Source of the DNA: Eledone cirrhosa
Taxonomy: Eukaryota
DNA: 64,000 nt
NCBI GenBank assembly: GCA_964016885.1
Contig: OZ024763.1
Location: 8,928,001 to 8,992,000 of the forward strand
Direction: 5' to 3'
Positions within the stretch are counted from its first letter, which is position 1. The number at the start of each line of letters is the position of its first letter. The notes under the pieces are model-generated. The model was given only the letters and a program-made list of their open reading frames with translations. It was not told the DNA's origin and ran no database searches. This document shows, in pieces, positions 14,942-47,539 of this stretch. The translations under genes and the position numbers were made by a program.

Positions 14942-17900
14942 CATCATTTTACATCCGCTCTTCCCTGTAGGTGGTTCAGTGAATTACATGTGTTGGTACC
15001 AAACCAAGAACTCTGCGAAACCCACAGAACAGGTTCACAATAAATATCTTTTACAGGTAAATGAAACTTCTTAATTTTTTACTCAGGTTTTGTCCAAGAG
15101 TTATAATCAAAATTACCTGCCAAGCATTCATCCTCATCTTCAGGTACCTTTCACCCCAGGGGTATACCATACCTGAAATATCAATAAAAGGTCAATCACA
15201 AGTTTCATCTGATTCCTTCATTCCTTCATTCCACTATCCTTTACAACAGATCCCATCAGATTAAACAATGTCCACAATATCACCCCCCCCCCCCCCCCCC
15301 CCCGATATTTTGCTCAGTTTACTCAAAATGTCACCTTCACATCATTATAATTTGGTTATGTCTAAAAATTACTGAAAAATATCCATACCATCAAAAAATT
15401 ACTCAACTGTATAATTGCCTCTCCAAAATAACTGAAGCATATCCTTTACCACTCAAAACTTACTGAAAAATATCATTAGCATCCAAAAATTACTGAAGCA
15501 TGTTCTTACTGTCCAAAACTTACTCCAAAAATTGATCAACCATATCCTTAACTCCGCAAAATTACTGAAGTATGTACTTACAGTCCTAGAATTAATCAAC
15601 CATATCCTTACCACCCCCAAAATCACTGAAGCATGTCCTTACCATTCCAAAATTACTGAAGCATATCTTTATTGTCCAAAAATTACTGAACCATGTCCCA
15701 ACACCCCAAAATTACTGAAACATGTCCTTACCCTCCAAACCTCCTCTTGCAGAATATTCCCATTCATATTCTGTTGGTAACCGTTTCCCGACCCAGCTGC
15801 AGTAAGCGAAGGCATCGTTGTAACTGATGTGTACCACAGGGTAAGACATCCGTTCTATGATGTTGCTAAATGGACCCTCAGGCTGTAGATAGAAACAGTA
15901 ACCTTGTGATGGTGGTGGTGATGGGGTGGTGGTGGAGGTGACGGTGGTGGTGGTGATGGTGTGGTGATGTTGGTGGTGGTGGTGGTGATGGTGGTGGTGG
16001 TGATAGTGGTGATGGTGGGGGACGTAAAATGATGATGATGATGATGATGTAGGTATATACAAATATATATATAATACAAATATATACATATACTATCAGT
16101 GGTACCCGGCGATGCACGGGATAATGTATTTTGGAACGCGGGCCGCCAACAGACCTAATCGTGGAAAAACTGCATGCCTGGACAATATGTAAAAAAAATA
16201 AACCGAATACTGTGATGGCAGGATAATCTTTAAGATTTTCCTCGATGAAGCAGGAAAAATGCAGGTTTTCACCTAATGCGGGCCCTAGGGGATCAAGAAA
16301 ATGAATTTTTTTATGTGCATAATATGCCTTTAAATTTCGGGAAAATCGGCTAGACGTAACGCCTCTAAAAAGCCCTAAGAAGCCGAAAAAAGTTTTTCAC
16401 CTAATGCGGGCCCTAGGCCATAAAAAAGTTGGATTTTCTTTGCTTATGGTATGAAGAAGAGACTGACCTATACATAGTTACAATTTCAAGGAAATTGGTC
16501 TGACGTAACGCATAAAAAAAAACCCTAAAAATCTTTAAAAACGCAGTTTTTCACCTAATGCGGGCCCTAGGAGATAAATAAAGTCGAATTTTATGTGCAT
16601 AACACTCCCTGAAACATAAGTAATACACATGTAAAGTTTGAAAAAAATCGGTTAGGTACTTCTCGAGTTTTAGGAATTCAAACTCACAGACACACACACA
16701 CACACAGACATCCTCAGGGAAGTGACGTAATGCAGACATACAGACAGATATTATAAGGGCGCGACGTTATATGTATGTATCTATCTAAAAAGAGAAAGAC
16801 TAAGAATTATAGAGCGAGATCGCTAAATCGCCTAATACGGTCCCTAGGGCATTGAAAATTTGAAATATTTTTTGCTCAGAACACTCCCCGAAACATAAGT
16901 ATTACATGTGTTTAAAAGTTTAAAAACAGTTTAAAAACAGTCGGTTGGGTGGTTCTCAAGTTTTAGGGATTCAAACTCACACACACACAGACAGACATCC
17001 TCAGTTTTATATATATAGATAATACATATATAAGTTGTAACTCCTTTATAATACACATATATATATATATAAACAAATTGATGAATGAAGGAGTTACAAG
17101 CCGTTAAAACAAGTTCTTTATATAACTCTTACACATGTTTCAGCCACACAGACTCCTCAGAAATAATTGATTATATAATGGTTTCTTATATAGGCACAAG
17201 GCCAGCAATTTTGGGGGAGGGCAAAGTTGATTAAATCGACCCCAGTGCGTGATTGGTACTTTATTTTATCGACCCCTTAAGGATGAAAGGCAAAGTTAAC
17301 CTCGGCGGGATTTGAACTCAGACGATAAAGGGCCGTAACTCTTTGCTGCAAAGCATGGTGTCCGACCCTCTACCGATACTGCCAATCCACCGCAATGTCA
17401 TCAATATGTACTTATACCCTATTATATATATATATACAATATGACAAAAGACCAAAGTTAACAACTTATTTTCATTCATACATACATATCATCATCATCA
17501 TCATCCTTTTACTTCCGCTTTTCACTGCTTACATACACTTTTACAAACACACACACACACACATATATATTATATATATATATAGAGAGAGAGTCGGTGA
17601 GAATACCTTGTTCCATGTAGCACCAGTAACTTCATACCATCCTGTGTGTTTCTCCTCAGGTTTTGATTTGTTAAGTTGATACTGTGACATATGTTGTCCA
17701 AATACATGACTAAAGTTCAACTCCTCGGCATCTGTCTCATAATGGGGTTTAGATTGACGGAACTTTCTGGAATAATTCAATTTAAATAAATACTTGGTAC
17801 ATCATAGTTTATAGTTAGTGTCTGTGTATATATATAATTGTTTCTACTTTTGGCACAAGGCCAGCAATTACCCAGTGCATTACTGGTACTTTATTTTATC

Positions 17901-19109
17901 GACCCCGTAAGGATGAAAGGCAAAGTTAACATCGGCGGGATTCGAACTCAGAATGGCAAGAGCCGTAACTATGCGTCAAAGCATGGCATCCGACCCTCTA
18001 CCGATACTGCCAAATATAATGTTAAGTATTTCCATAGAAAAGGTAAAGAAAAGAAGAGTGCTCTATGTATATTACAGAGCTATTTAATTACATAATAAAC
18101 AACATGAAATAGGTAACTATTTCATCTGATGCATGGGCCTGACGTTTCTGTAAGGATCGTCTAGTTTCTTGAAACCTTTGGTAATGGAATAATTATATTA
18201 TGTTGTTTATTATGTAATTAAGTCCTACGCAATCTGTTTTTGCATGCAGTTACCAGTTCGTCTTTCTTGTTTAGGAGTTGGCCATCGAAAACAGCATTTG
18301 TAATGTTTCCTCCGGGCATAAGTTACACGGACGGCATCTATATATTTACTCCATTTAGATTTACTTATTGTTTCAACTTCCTCCACCCTCCCCTTCTCTA
18401 GTATACTTTTTTCGACCTTCTATACACTATCCTTAGAATCTGCTGTAGTTTTCACTTTCAACGCTTGACTGGGTTTCCTCCACTCCCTCTCCCTCTTTCT
18501 TCTACTGGCAAGTTCAGCTACCCCTACATTCCACAAAATGTCATGATAGAATCATGTGTCTTAACAACAAACTTTTGACCAATCCTTGTGACAATCACTT
18601 TTACCATATATGGAATTATCCCCTGAGAAGTTCGGCTATTTATTTACCAGGCTAAAAATGTTCATTTAGTCCAGAATCAGCCGTCGAAACGGCGTGAGCT
18701 CAGCCGTCGGGGTCCTACTTGTTTCTATTACCCACTCTACTACCCTAAGTATTGAGTACTTTGGTGTGTTATGGTCCATCTGGTTCCTTACCACAAATAT
18801 ACATATATATATATATTTATATATAAATAGATAGATGAACGTAAATCAAGTTGTTCCTACCTGTACTGAACGTTAGTTATGGGAAACCTATCAATATAGA
18901 AAGCCCTAACTTGTACGTTATGAACCGGGTACTCCCCAGTACGTGATGCGGGGTCGTTCACACCCAATTTAAATACTGCATCTTCTAAAAATATCATAGA
19001 TTCATACTTGGAATGGAAGTAATTCAAAACTGCAAAGAGAAAGATGTTGTGACATGAATCAAGTGAAATATGGGAATCAAGTTTTCATTAGTTAAGGGGT
19101 CTCAAACAT

Positions 19110-19160
<51 letters not shown>

Positions 19161-19232
19161 ATAGTAGCAGTAGCAGTAGTAGTAGTGGTGGTGGTGGTGG
19201 TAGTAGTAGTAATAGTAGTAGTAATGATGGTG

Positions 19233-19322
<90 letters not shown>

Positions 19323-19443
19323 ATGGTGCTGGTAGTAGTAGTAGTAGTAATAGTAGTAGTGGTGGTGGTAATAGTAGTAGTGGTGGTGGTAGTTACAAGA
19401 TGTTACCAGACACTAGACCATGCCCATTCTGGTGCATTGCCTT

Positions 19444-19505
<62 letters not shown>

Positions 19506-19663
19506 TGGTGGTGGTGGTGGCAACCTGTTGCATATTTATTTGAGTTATCGTTGATTAAACAATGGAAGGAAGGCAATGCACCAGAATGGGCGTGGTCTAG
19601 TGTCTGGTAACATCTTGTAACTACCACCACCACTACTACTATTACCACCACCACTACTACTAT

Positions 19664-19694
<31 letters not shown>

Positions 19695-19708
19695 TCCACC
19701 AGCACCAT

Positions 19709-19743
<35 letters not shown>

Positions 19744-19750
19744 GCACCAT

Positions 19751-19785
<35 letters not shown>

Positions 19786-20187
19786 TATATATATCATCAT
19801 CATCATCGTTTAACGTCCATCTTCCACGCTAGCATGGGTTGGACGGTTTTGTTCCATTTGATGCGGGAATGGTCGGGAGATGAAGCCTTGTTCACACGGA
19901 AGCACCTCTGGCAGGTTCTATACAGCTGGATGCCCTTCCTAACACCAACCATATTTACTGTGTGGACTATATATATATATATACAGTATGTGTATCCCGG
20001 GCTCAATCAGGGTTAACCATAGTAAGGTACTCAATACATAGTAGAGTATATATAATATTTAATATAGAAATGGCTTCTACAGGACTAGATCTGTTTCATT
20101 TGAAGGAAATCATCAGGGCTTTCCTGATGATTTATTTCGAATGAAACAGTTCTACTCCTGTAGAAGCCATTCTATATTAAATATTAT

Positions 20188-20256
<69 letters not shown>

Positions 20257-20554
20257 TATATATATATGCAGAGGTTATATTCAATTTGTTGGGATTCAAC
20301 AAACTTAAAATTTTATAACTGATATAAAGCACTCAACAGATTAGGAGAGTAAATATTCAATATATTAATAAATGGAAACTATATTTAGAAAACCATAATT
20401 ATTTTATTATATATATTTCAAGGGCAACCAAGGCAAATTATGGTGCACTTTTATCTGATGAAAGCGCACAATAATTTGCCTTGGTTGCCGTTGAAATATA
20501 TATAATAAAATAATTATGGTTTTATAAATATAGTTTCCATTTATTAATATATTG

Positions 20555-20585
<31 letters not shown>

Positions 20586-20663
20586 CTTACCTTCATCAGA
20601 GGTAGTAAAAGAGACAGGTATGCAAATAGATAGATAGTGAGAGAGAGAGAGACAGGCAGGTAA

Positions 20664-20699
<36 letters not shown>

Positions 20700-21144
20700 G
20701 ATAAATCTACCAAAATATACGGTAGTGTCCAATCCGTATGAAGAACTCAATGTAATCCAAATATCATGAAAAGAGAAGATGCATTCAAAAATTTTCGATG
20801 AAAATCATAGGAAAACAGAGTCAAGATAAATTAATAAAATCAATGAATAATATATATATGTTTAACATATATATGAATAACATATATATGTGAAGGTATG
20901 TATATTTCCTCTGATAGTTTGTAAAACTTTTACATAGATCTATATGATATACATACCAACACACATATATATCCTAGAAACGATCGTAAAATGATGAATT
21001 TTTTGATATAAGGAACTTGTTCTTTGTTTTTATTCATTGTTTTTATTAATTTATGTATATATATATATATGTGTGTGTGTGTGTCTTAATTTCATTGGAG
21101 GTAGTAAAGGGAGGAGAGAGAGAGACAGACAGACCGGTAGATAA

Positions 21145-21177
<33 letters not shown>

Positions 21178-21318
21178 CAGACAGGTAGATAGATAGATAG
21201 ACAGACAGGTATATAAACATATATATATATATATCTTACTTTCATCATAAACTTTAATATCCTCAGTTGTTGAATGTTGAAGACTTAAGAAAAATATCAA
21301 AATAATTAATGTAATCAT
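6790..21318 (-). CDS. SUMF2: SUMF2/pFGE-like inactive formylglycine-generating enzyme paralog (whole gene, 8 coding exons, 362 aa)
   Basis: Exons 21240-21318, 18861-19029, 17607-17766, 15732-15882, 15117-15172, 14005-14089, 7990-8152 and 6790-7015 sum to 1089 nt in frame, with GT-AG introns. FGE-family motifs: [62 protein letters not shown] lacks the SUMF1 catalytic Cys pair, which is SUMF2-type. Confidence 0.92.
7990..8152 (-). CDS. SUMF2: SUMF2-like exon 7
   Basis: (G)[53 protein letters not shown]; CAG/GTAAA borders. Confidence 0.95.
8310..11252 (-). mobile_element. RTE-clade LINE (subfamily A), 5'-truncated, frameshifted ORF2
   Basis: Fragments of endonuclease (SQIDYIL, HRL), RT ([31 protein letters not shown]) and C-terminal WYGHVMRM; 3' UTR ends in an (ATG)n tail at ~8310-8330. 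Confidence 0.95.
11700..13014. mobile_element. Probable Penelope-like element remnant with inverted repeat (~12320-12395 / ~12940-13014)
   Basis: Hammerhead motif plus an inverted repeat. The minus strand near 12185-12240 gives a frameshifted [13 protein letters not shown], weakly resembling Penelope C-terminal motifs. Confidence 0.45.
11761..11875 (-). ncRNA. Type-I hammerhead ribozyme motif (GUC site, long branched stem II)
   Basis: Minus strand reads TTCGCGTGCT-CTGATGA-[~75 nt]-GAAA-CAGTTG-TC-AGCAATGTGAA; stem I pairs with one bulge; the base of stem II is mismatched. Confidence 0.7.
13038..13643 (+). mobile_element. Possible solo LTR
   Basis: TGTAG...TAACA termini, TATAAAA at ~13171, AATAAA at ~13502, internal ~110-bp duplication (GATTCACCGCTATCTACAGGCC twice); no TSD seen. 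Confidence 0.35.
14005..14089 (-). CDS. SUMF2: SUMF2-like exon 6
   Basis: [28 protein letters not shown]; CAG/GTGAG borders. Confidence 0.93.
14495..14745 (+). mobile_element. RTE LINE 3' UTR fragment
   Basis: GGTTGGTGTTAGGAAGGGCATCCAGCTGTAGAAA plus (ATG)n tail, shared with the long RTE copies. Confidence 0.8.
15117..15172 (-). CDS. SUMF2: SUMF2-like exon 5
   Basis: (G)[18 protein letters not shown]; TTTCAG/GTAAT borders. Confidence 0.9.
15360..15735. repeat. ~30-40-bp degenerate tandem repeat abutting the SUMF2 exon 4 donor
   Basis: CCAAAATTACTGAAGCATATCCTTAC-type units; the last unit contains the real donor. Confidence 0.85.
15732..15882 (-). CDS. SUMF2: SUMF2-like exon 4
   Basis: [50 protein letters not shown]; CAG/GTAAG borders. 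Confidence 0.95.
16092..17019 (-). mobile_element. Non-autonomous Helitron (Lep1/HINE-like)
   Basis: Minus strand starts A|TCTATATATATAAAAC followed by (TGTC)/(TG) microsatellite. It ends in the hairpin CCCGTGCATCGCCGGG then ...GATAG|T. Internal CACCTAATGCGGGCCCTAGG repeats occur 3-4 times. Confidence 0.75.
17180..17393 (-). mobile_element. tRNA-derived SINE
   Basis: Core GAGTTCAAATCCCGCCGAGGTTAACTTTGCCTTTCATCC...GGGGTCGATAAAATAAAGTACCA (B-box-like GTTCAAATCC), shared with ~10 other copies in the window. Confidence 0.85.
17607..17766 (-). CDS. SUMF2: SUMF2-like exon 3
   Basis: [22 protein letters not shown]...[11 protein letters not shown]; AG/GT borders; phase 2 to 0. Confidence 0.9.
17836..18013 (-). 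mobile_element. tRNA-derived SINE (same family)
   Basis: Same core as 17180-17393. Confidence 0.85.
18861..19029 (-). CDS. SUMF2: SUMF2-like exon 2
   Basis: TTTGCAG acceptor; ...[45 protein letters not shown]; GTAGG donor. Confidence 0.9.
19110..19784. repeat. Inverted repeat of (AGT/GGT)n plus a ~60-bp unique core around a (TA)n spacer
   Basis: GTTACAAGATGTTACCAGACACTAGACCATGCCCATTCTGGTGCATTGCCTTCCTT ends at 19447; its reverse complement starts at 19566. Confidence 0.92.
20358..20554. repeat. Fold-back palindrome centred on the hammerhead CUGAUGA core
   Basis: ~95-bp arms (CAATATATTAATAAATGGAAAC... / ...GTTTCCATTTATTAATATATTG). Confidence 0.9.
20449..20510 (+). ncRNA. Minimal type-I hammerhead ribozyme motif
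   Basis: TTTTAT-CTGATGA-[stem II, imperfect]-GAAA-TATATA-TA-ATAAAA; stem I is perfect and stem III palindromic. Confidence 0.75.
21240..21318 (-). CDS. SUMF2: SUMF2-like exon 1 (signal peptide [26 protein letters not shown])
   Basis: ATG, hydrophobic leader, GTAAG donor; phase 1 matches the next exon. Confidence 0.8.
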
Positions 21319-22228
21319 CTTAATGAATTAATCAGTTCTTTTCCTCCAACAAATATATTTTTACTCCCTACTTTTCCTTTAAAAATCTTTCTCCAATTTT
21401 CCTTTTCTTAACATTTGAATTTCTCCCCACAAAAAATTAGAAAAAAAATTTTTTTAGGGGTGATGGCTGGTTTTCTTCCGTATAGTTTTTTTCTTTTAGT
21501 GTTTTTTTCTTTTAGTGTTTTCCTGAAAATTTCTTCTTATATTTCCTATATCTTCTGTTAGTTTATATATATATACTATATATATATGTATATATATTAT
21601 ATATGTGTATATATATTATATATATGTATATATATGTATATATATTATATATATATATGTATGTATATTATATATTTGTCTCTGTAATCCCTTCAGTTCT
21701 GTATCAGTGAGACATAAAATAATGTCTGTAATGCTGGTTGATTTGCTTTGCTAGACAACGTGGTAGGTTTCATAATAATAATATAATATAAGGTGGACCT
21801 GTTCTCTCTGTTCTCTTCAGGTTTTTTCAGTTTGTATTAGTGAGACATAATTTTTAGGAATAAAATAAAAAAGGTGAGACCAGGTAATGTTGGTTCCTTT
21901 TTCTTCCTAGACAACGTGGAGGGTTTTATAATATAAAATAAAATATAACGAGAGGAAGAAAAATGCGGACCTTTTCCGTGTGTTCCCTTGAGTTTTGTAT
22001 TAGTTTTTAGGAATAAAATGAAAAGGAGGCACCTGACTAAAACAGTCGTTGTGTAATGTTGGTTCCTTTACCTTCCCAGACAACGTGGAGGGTTTATAAT
22101 ATAAAATAATATACAATGATATTAAATAAATATAAGAGGAAGTCCAAGTTTATTTCATGCAATGTCATTCTGGTTACGTTGGCAATTGATTGAGATAAAA
22201 CTGAGGGCAACAGCTTGGGTGGAGATAT

Positions 22229-22640
22229 TGGTGGTGGTGGTGTGGTGGTATGGTGGTAGCGGTGGTGGTGGTGGTGGTGGTGTGGTGTGGTGGTTGTGAT
22301 GGTGGTGGTGATGGTGGTGGTTGTGGTGGTGGTGATAGTGGTGTGGTGGTGGTGGTGGTGGTGGTGGTAGTGGTGGTGTGATGTGGTGGTGGTGATGGTG
22401 GTGTGGTGTTGTTGTTGGTGGTGGTGTGGTGGTGATGTCGTTGTGGTTGTGGTGTGGTGGTGGTGGTGGTAGTGGTGTGGTGGTTGTAGTGGTGGTGATG
22501 GTGGTGGTGGTGGTGGTGTGGTGTTGTTGTTGTTGTTGGTGGTGGTGTGGTGGTGATGTCGTTGTGGTTGTGGTGTGGAGATAGTGGTGTGGTGGTGTTG
22601 TTGTTGGTGGTGGTGTGGTGGGGGTGGGGGTGGTTGAAAT
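22229..22640. repeat. (GGT)n-type low-complexity repeat
   Basis: Direct inspection. Confidence 0.9.
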
Positions 22641-22904
22641 CATTCTGTCATTACCATAACAGAAGTCCGACGAGCTTTTGATTCCAGAGTCAGGCCAGAC
22701 CGATACAGATCAAACCTTAAAGCCATATATGTGTGTGTATACATATATATATATATATATAACCAAAGATTAATATGGTTCATTGATTACTCAATGAATA
22801 CAGTTTTACAACAGATTAAAAGCACTCAACAGAAAGTTATCCTGGAGTTTTTAATATTATTCAAAATATTAACAAATGAAGATATTCACATAATCAAAAT
22901 ATAT

Positions 22905-24002
22905 GAGGTAGTCACGGTTCTGGGACAGCATTCCTCACCATATGAGATGTCATCTGGTGTACCACAGGGATCTGTTCTTGGCCCCCTTTTGTTTGTGGCA
23001 TATATTAATGACATAGATGCCAACTTAAAGAATGCCACAGTACTAAAGTACGTAGATGACATCAAGCTGTACCTTGAGATAAAAAGGACAGATCCTGAAC
23101 ACTATAGATCTTGCTTGCAGTCTGACCTGGACACAATGCAACAATGGATCTCAGACTGGTAACTCAAGCTAGCTGTGCACCACCATGCATTTTGGGAGTA
23201 AAAACCCAGCTTCCACATACTCCCTCCACAGTACTAATATCAAGAAGTCTTCTTGTGAACGTGACCTGGGCATTACGGTCAGCAGCGATTTACGTTGGAC
23301 GAAGCACATCTCTAAAATTGTCAAGAGGGCTGAGGGTGTCTTAGCATCACTCAGCAAGACCTTTGTCAGCCGCTCTGCAGCTATCTATTTAAGGCTGTAC
23401 ATGGCTATGGTGTGGTCACACTTAGAATTTGTATCACCAGTCTGGAACCCCTATCTTGCTCAGAACATTGACCGCCTGGAAACTGTTCAGAGACGTGCAA
23501 CCAAGCGAATACCCTCCATCAGGCATCTACCATACTCTGAACGCTTTGCTTCCCTGGGCATAGATACATTGAAGCTCCAACGCCTGGCAACTGACTGGTA
23601 AGCACCAACAAAATTGTTAACCATCTTGCCAACAACAACCCTGAGTACCTTTTTGATTTCCATGTGTCTAACACATGTGGACATGCCCACAAAGTCAGAA
23701 AACAGCACAGCTCCCATGACTTTCGGAAACATTTTTTCACGTTCAGAGTTGCTGAAGCATGGAACAAACTACCTGCATCAGTTGTTAGCTGTCGAGACAC
23801 TGCATCCTTTAAAACCTCCAAGCGTCCCGAGATTCGCCAACACTACACCTAATGTTCCCCCTCCATACACATACACAAATGTATATTATGACTCATACAC
23901 TATTCACTTCCCTGACATTTGTATATTATTCTATGTACTATACATGCACCTTTGACGAGTTGTAGTGTACCTGAGCACTTTACACAATAATTTCATTATC
24001 AT
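22905..24002 (+). mobile_element. CR1-clade LINE 3' fragment inserted into a hammerhead-bearing element
   Basis: SGVPQGSVLGPLLF, YVDD, HLEF..PVWNP, RKHFF..RVAEAWNKLP; stops and frameshifts; (ATT)-type tail; TATATG on both flanks. Confidence 0.92.
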
Positions 24003-24008
24003 TATATG

Positions 24009-24070
24009 CTTTATTATATATATTTCGAAGGTACTGTGTTGTTTTTTCAGTACGTCCTCATCAGACAAAA
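24009..24070 (-). ncRNA. Minimal type-I hammerhead ribozyme motif
   Basis: Minus strand reads TTTTGT-CTGATGA-GGACGTACTG..CAGTACCTTC-GAAA-TATATA-TA-ATAAAG; G10.1-C11.1 pair present. Confidence 0.8.
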
Positions 24071-24924
24071 TATATGATTTGATATATGACATACCTCTAC
24101 AGTCTTGATATTTCAATTCCTGTATTGGCAGTCAATACAGGAATTGAAATATCAACAGCCAATTGACAAGATCGCAGACCTCATTCGCTTAACGAGTGGG
24201 TTGGGAGGGTCATGCTGCCAATAACAACACACCTATTGGTTTCCACTGGTCTTTCCAATTACAAGTACTATCTATCGGTCACAACTCCAGATAGAAGGAG
24301 CAACGTGAAGTAACAAATTTTAATTTCAAGAAAAGTTTTGTCAGTCATATCAGGAACATAACAAATAATTTTATGCTGAAATACTGAAGTACACTCTGTA
24401 AAGTGGTTGCTGTTAGGAAAGGTATCTAGTTATAGAAACCATGCCAAAAATGGAGGATATGAAAATGATTGACTACTAACTTGCTGAGTAGGGTGGACCT
24501 CGTCAAACTGGACCAAGGAAACAGTTTCCATTGGTATTGCCATTGCTGATACTATCTACTGTTCGCAACTCCTGGCAGAAAGAGCAACATAAAATTAAGT
24601 GTCTTGCTCAAGGACATAACGCTTCACCCAGTCTGGGAATCGAACTCACAATCTCACGATTGTGAATCCGACTCTGTAACCACTCAGCCACTCACCTTCT
24701 ACACACATATATATACATGTGCGTGTATATATATGTGGGTGGGTGTATATGTGTGTATATATATGTGTGCGTGTGTATATATGTGGGTGTGTGCATATGT
24801 GTGTCTATATGTGTATATATATGTCTATATGTGTATGTATGGGTGTATATGTGTGTCTATATGTGGGTGTATATAGACGGGAGACAGTTAAACGCGTAAC
24901 TAGGAAGAAAGCAGCCAAAACAAA

Positions 24925-46525
<21,601 letters not shown>

Positions 46526-47149
46526 AGTTCTATTTCCTAATGATGACATCAATAAATTAATTATATTTTGAACAACAACAATAATAATAATAAACAGAAG
46601 GATGGGGCTGGGTATGATGTGGGGTGGGGGATTGGAGGAAGACAGTAAATAAATAAAAACAGGAACAACAATAAAAAAATATATATATATGTATAATAAA
46701 ACAAGTTTTTGTTTTGAAGATGGTGAGCAGAGTTTGAAATTAGTAAATAGAAGCTTTCACCGTATTTTGGCTAAATAAGGTTAGTAAAGGTGACATAGTT
46801 GAATGGTTAGAGAATTGGATTCACAATTGTGAGGTTGTGAGTTCAATTGCCGGACCAGGTGATGCATTATGTCCTTGAGCAAGACATTTTATTTCATGTT
46901 CCTTCTGCCTGGAGTTGTGACCGACTGATAGTATTAGCAATTGGAAAGACCACTGGAAACATTGTTTCCTAGGTCCGATTTGATGAGCTCCATCCCACTC
47001 GTTAAGCCAATGAGGTCTGGGATCTTGTCAATCGACTGGACATCAATACTCATCCTTTGCTATTTTAGAGGGTTTTAGACCCCACTATCTCAGGATAACT
47101 TTAGTCAAAATATGACAAAAGCTTCTATTTACTGTATATACATACATAC

Positions 47150-47210
<61 letters not shown>

Positions 47211-47477
47211 TATATATAAAAATATACACATATATATAATGTGGAAAGTGATATAAGTCTAAACAATGCAAATTCGTAAGATGAAGGTAACAAAAAAGTT
47301 AGTTACCTGGTAATCTTTGTTTTGTTTTGTTTTTCAACAAACAAAAAACAAAGATTACCAGGTAACTAACTTTTTTGTTACCTTCATCTTACCGTCCATT
47401 TTGCATTGATTAGCCTTCTTACATATATAACTTTCCACATTATATATTATATACAATGCTTCAAGCAAACTACAACG

Positions 47478-47528
<51 letters not shown>

Positions 47529-47539
47529 CTATATATATA

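Noticed and set aside
47276-47320. AGATGA-AGGTAAC..GTTACCT-GGTAA as a hammerhead
   Set aside because: A stem II-like hairpin is present, but both core boxes are non-canonical and there is no stem I; kept only as an inverted repeat.
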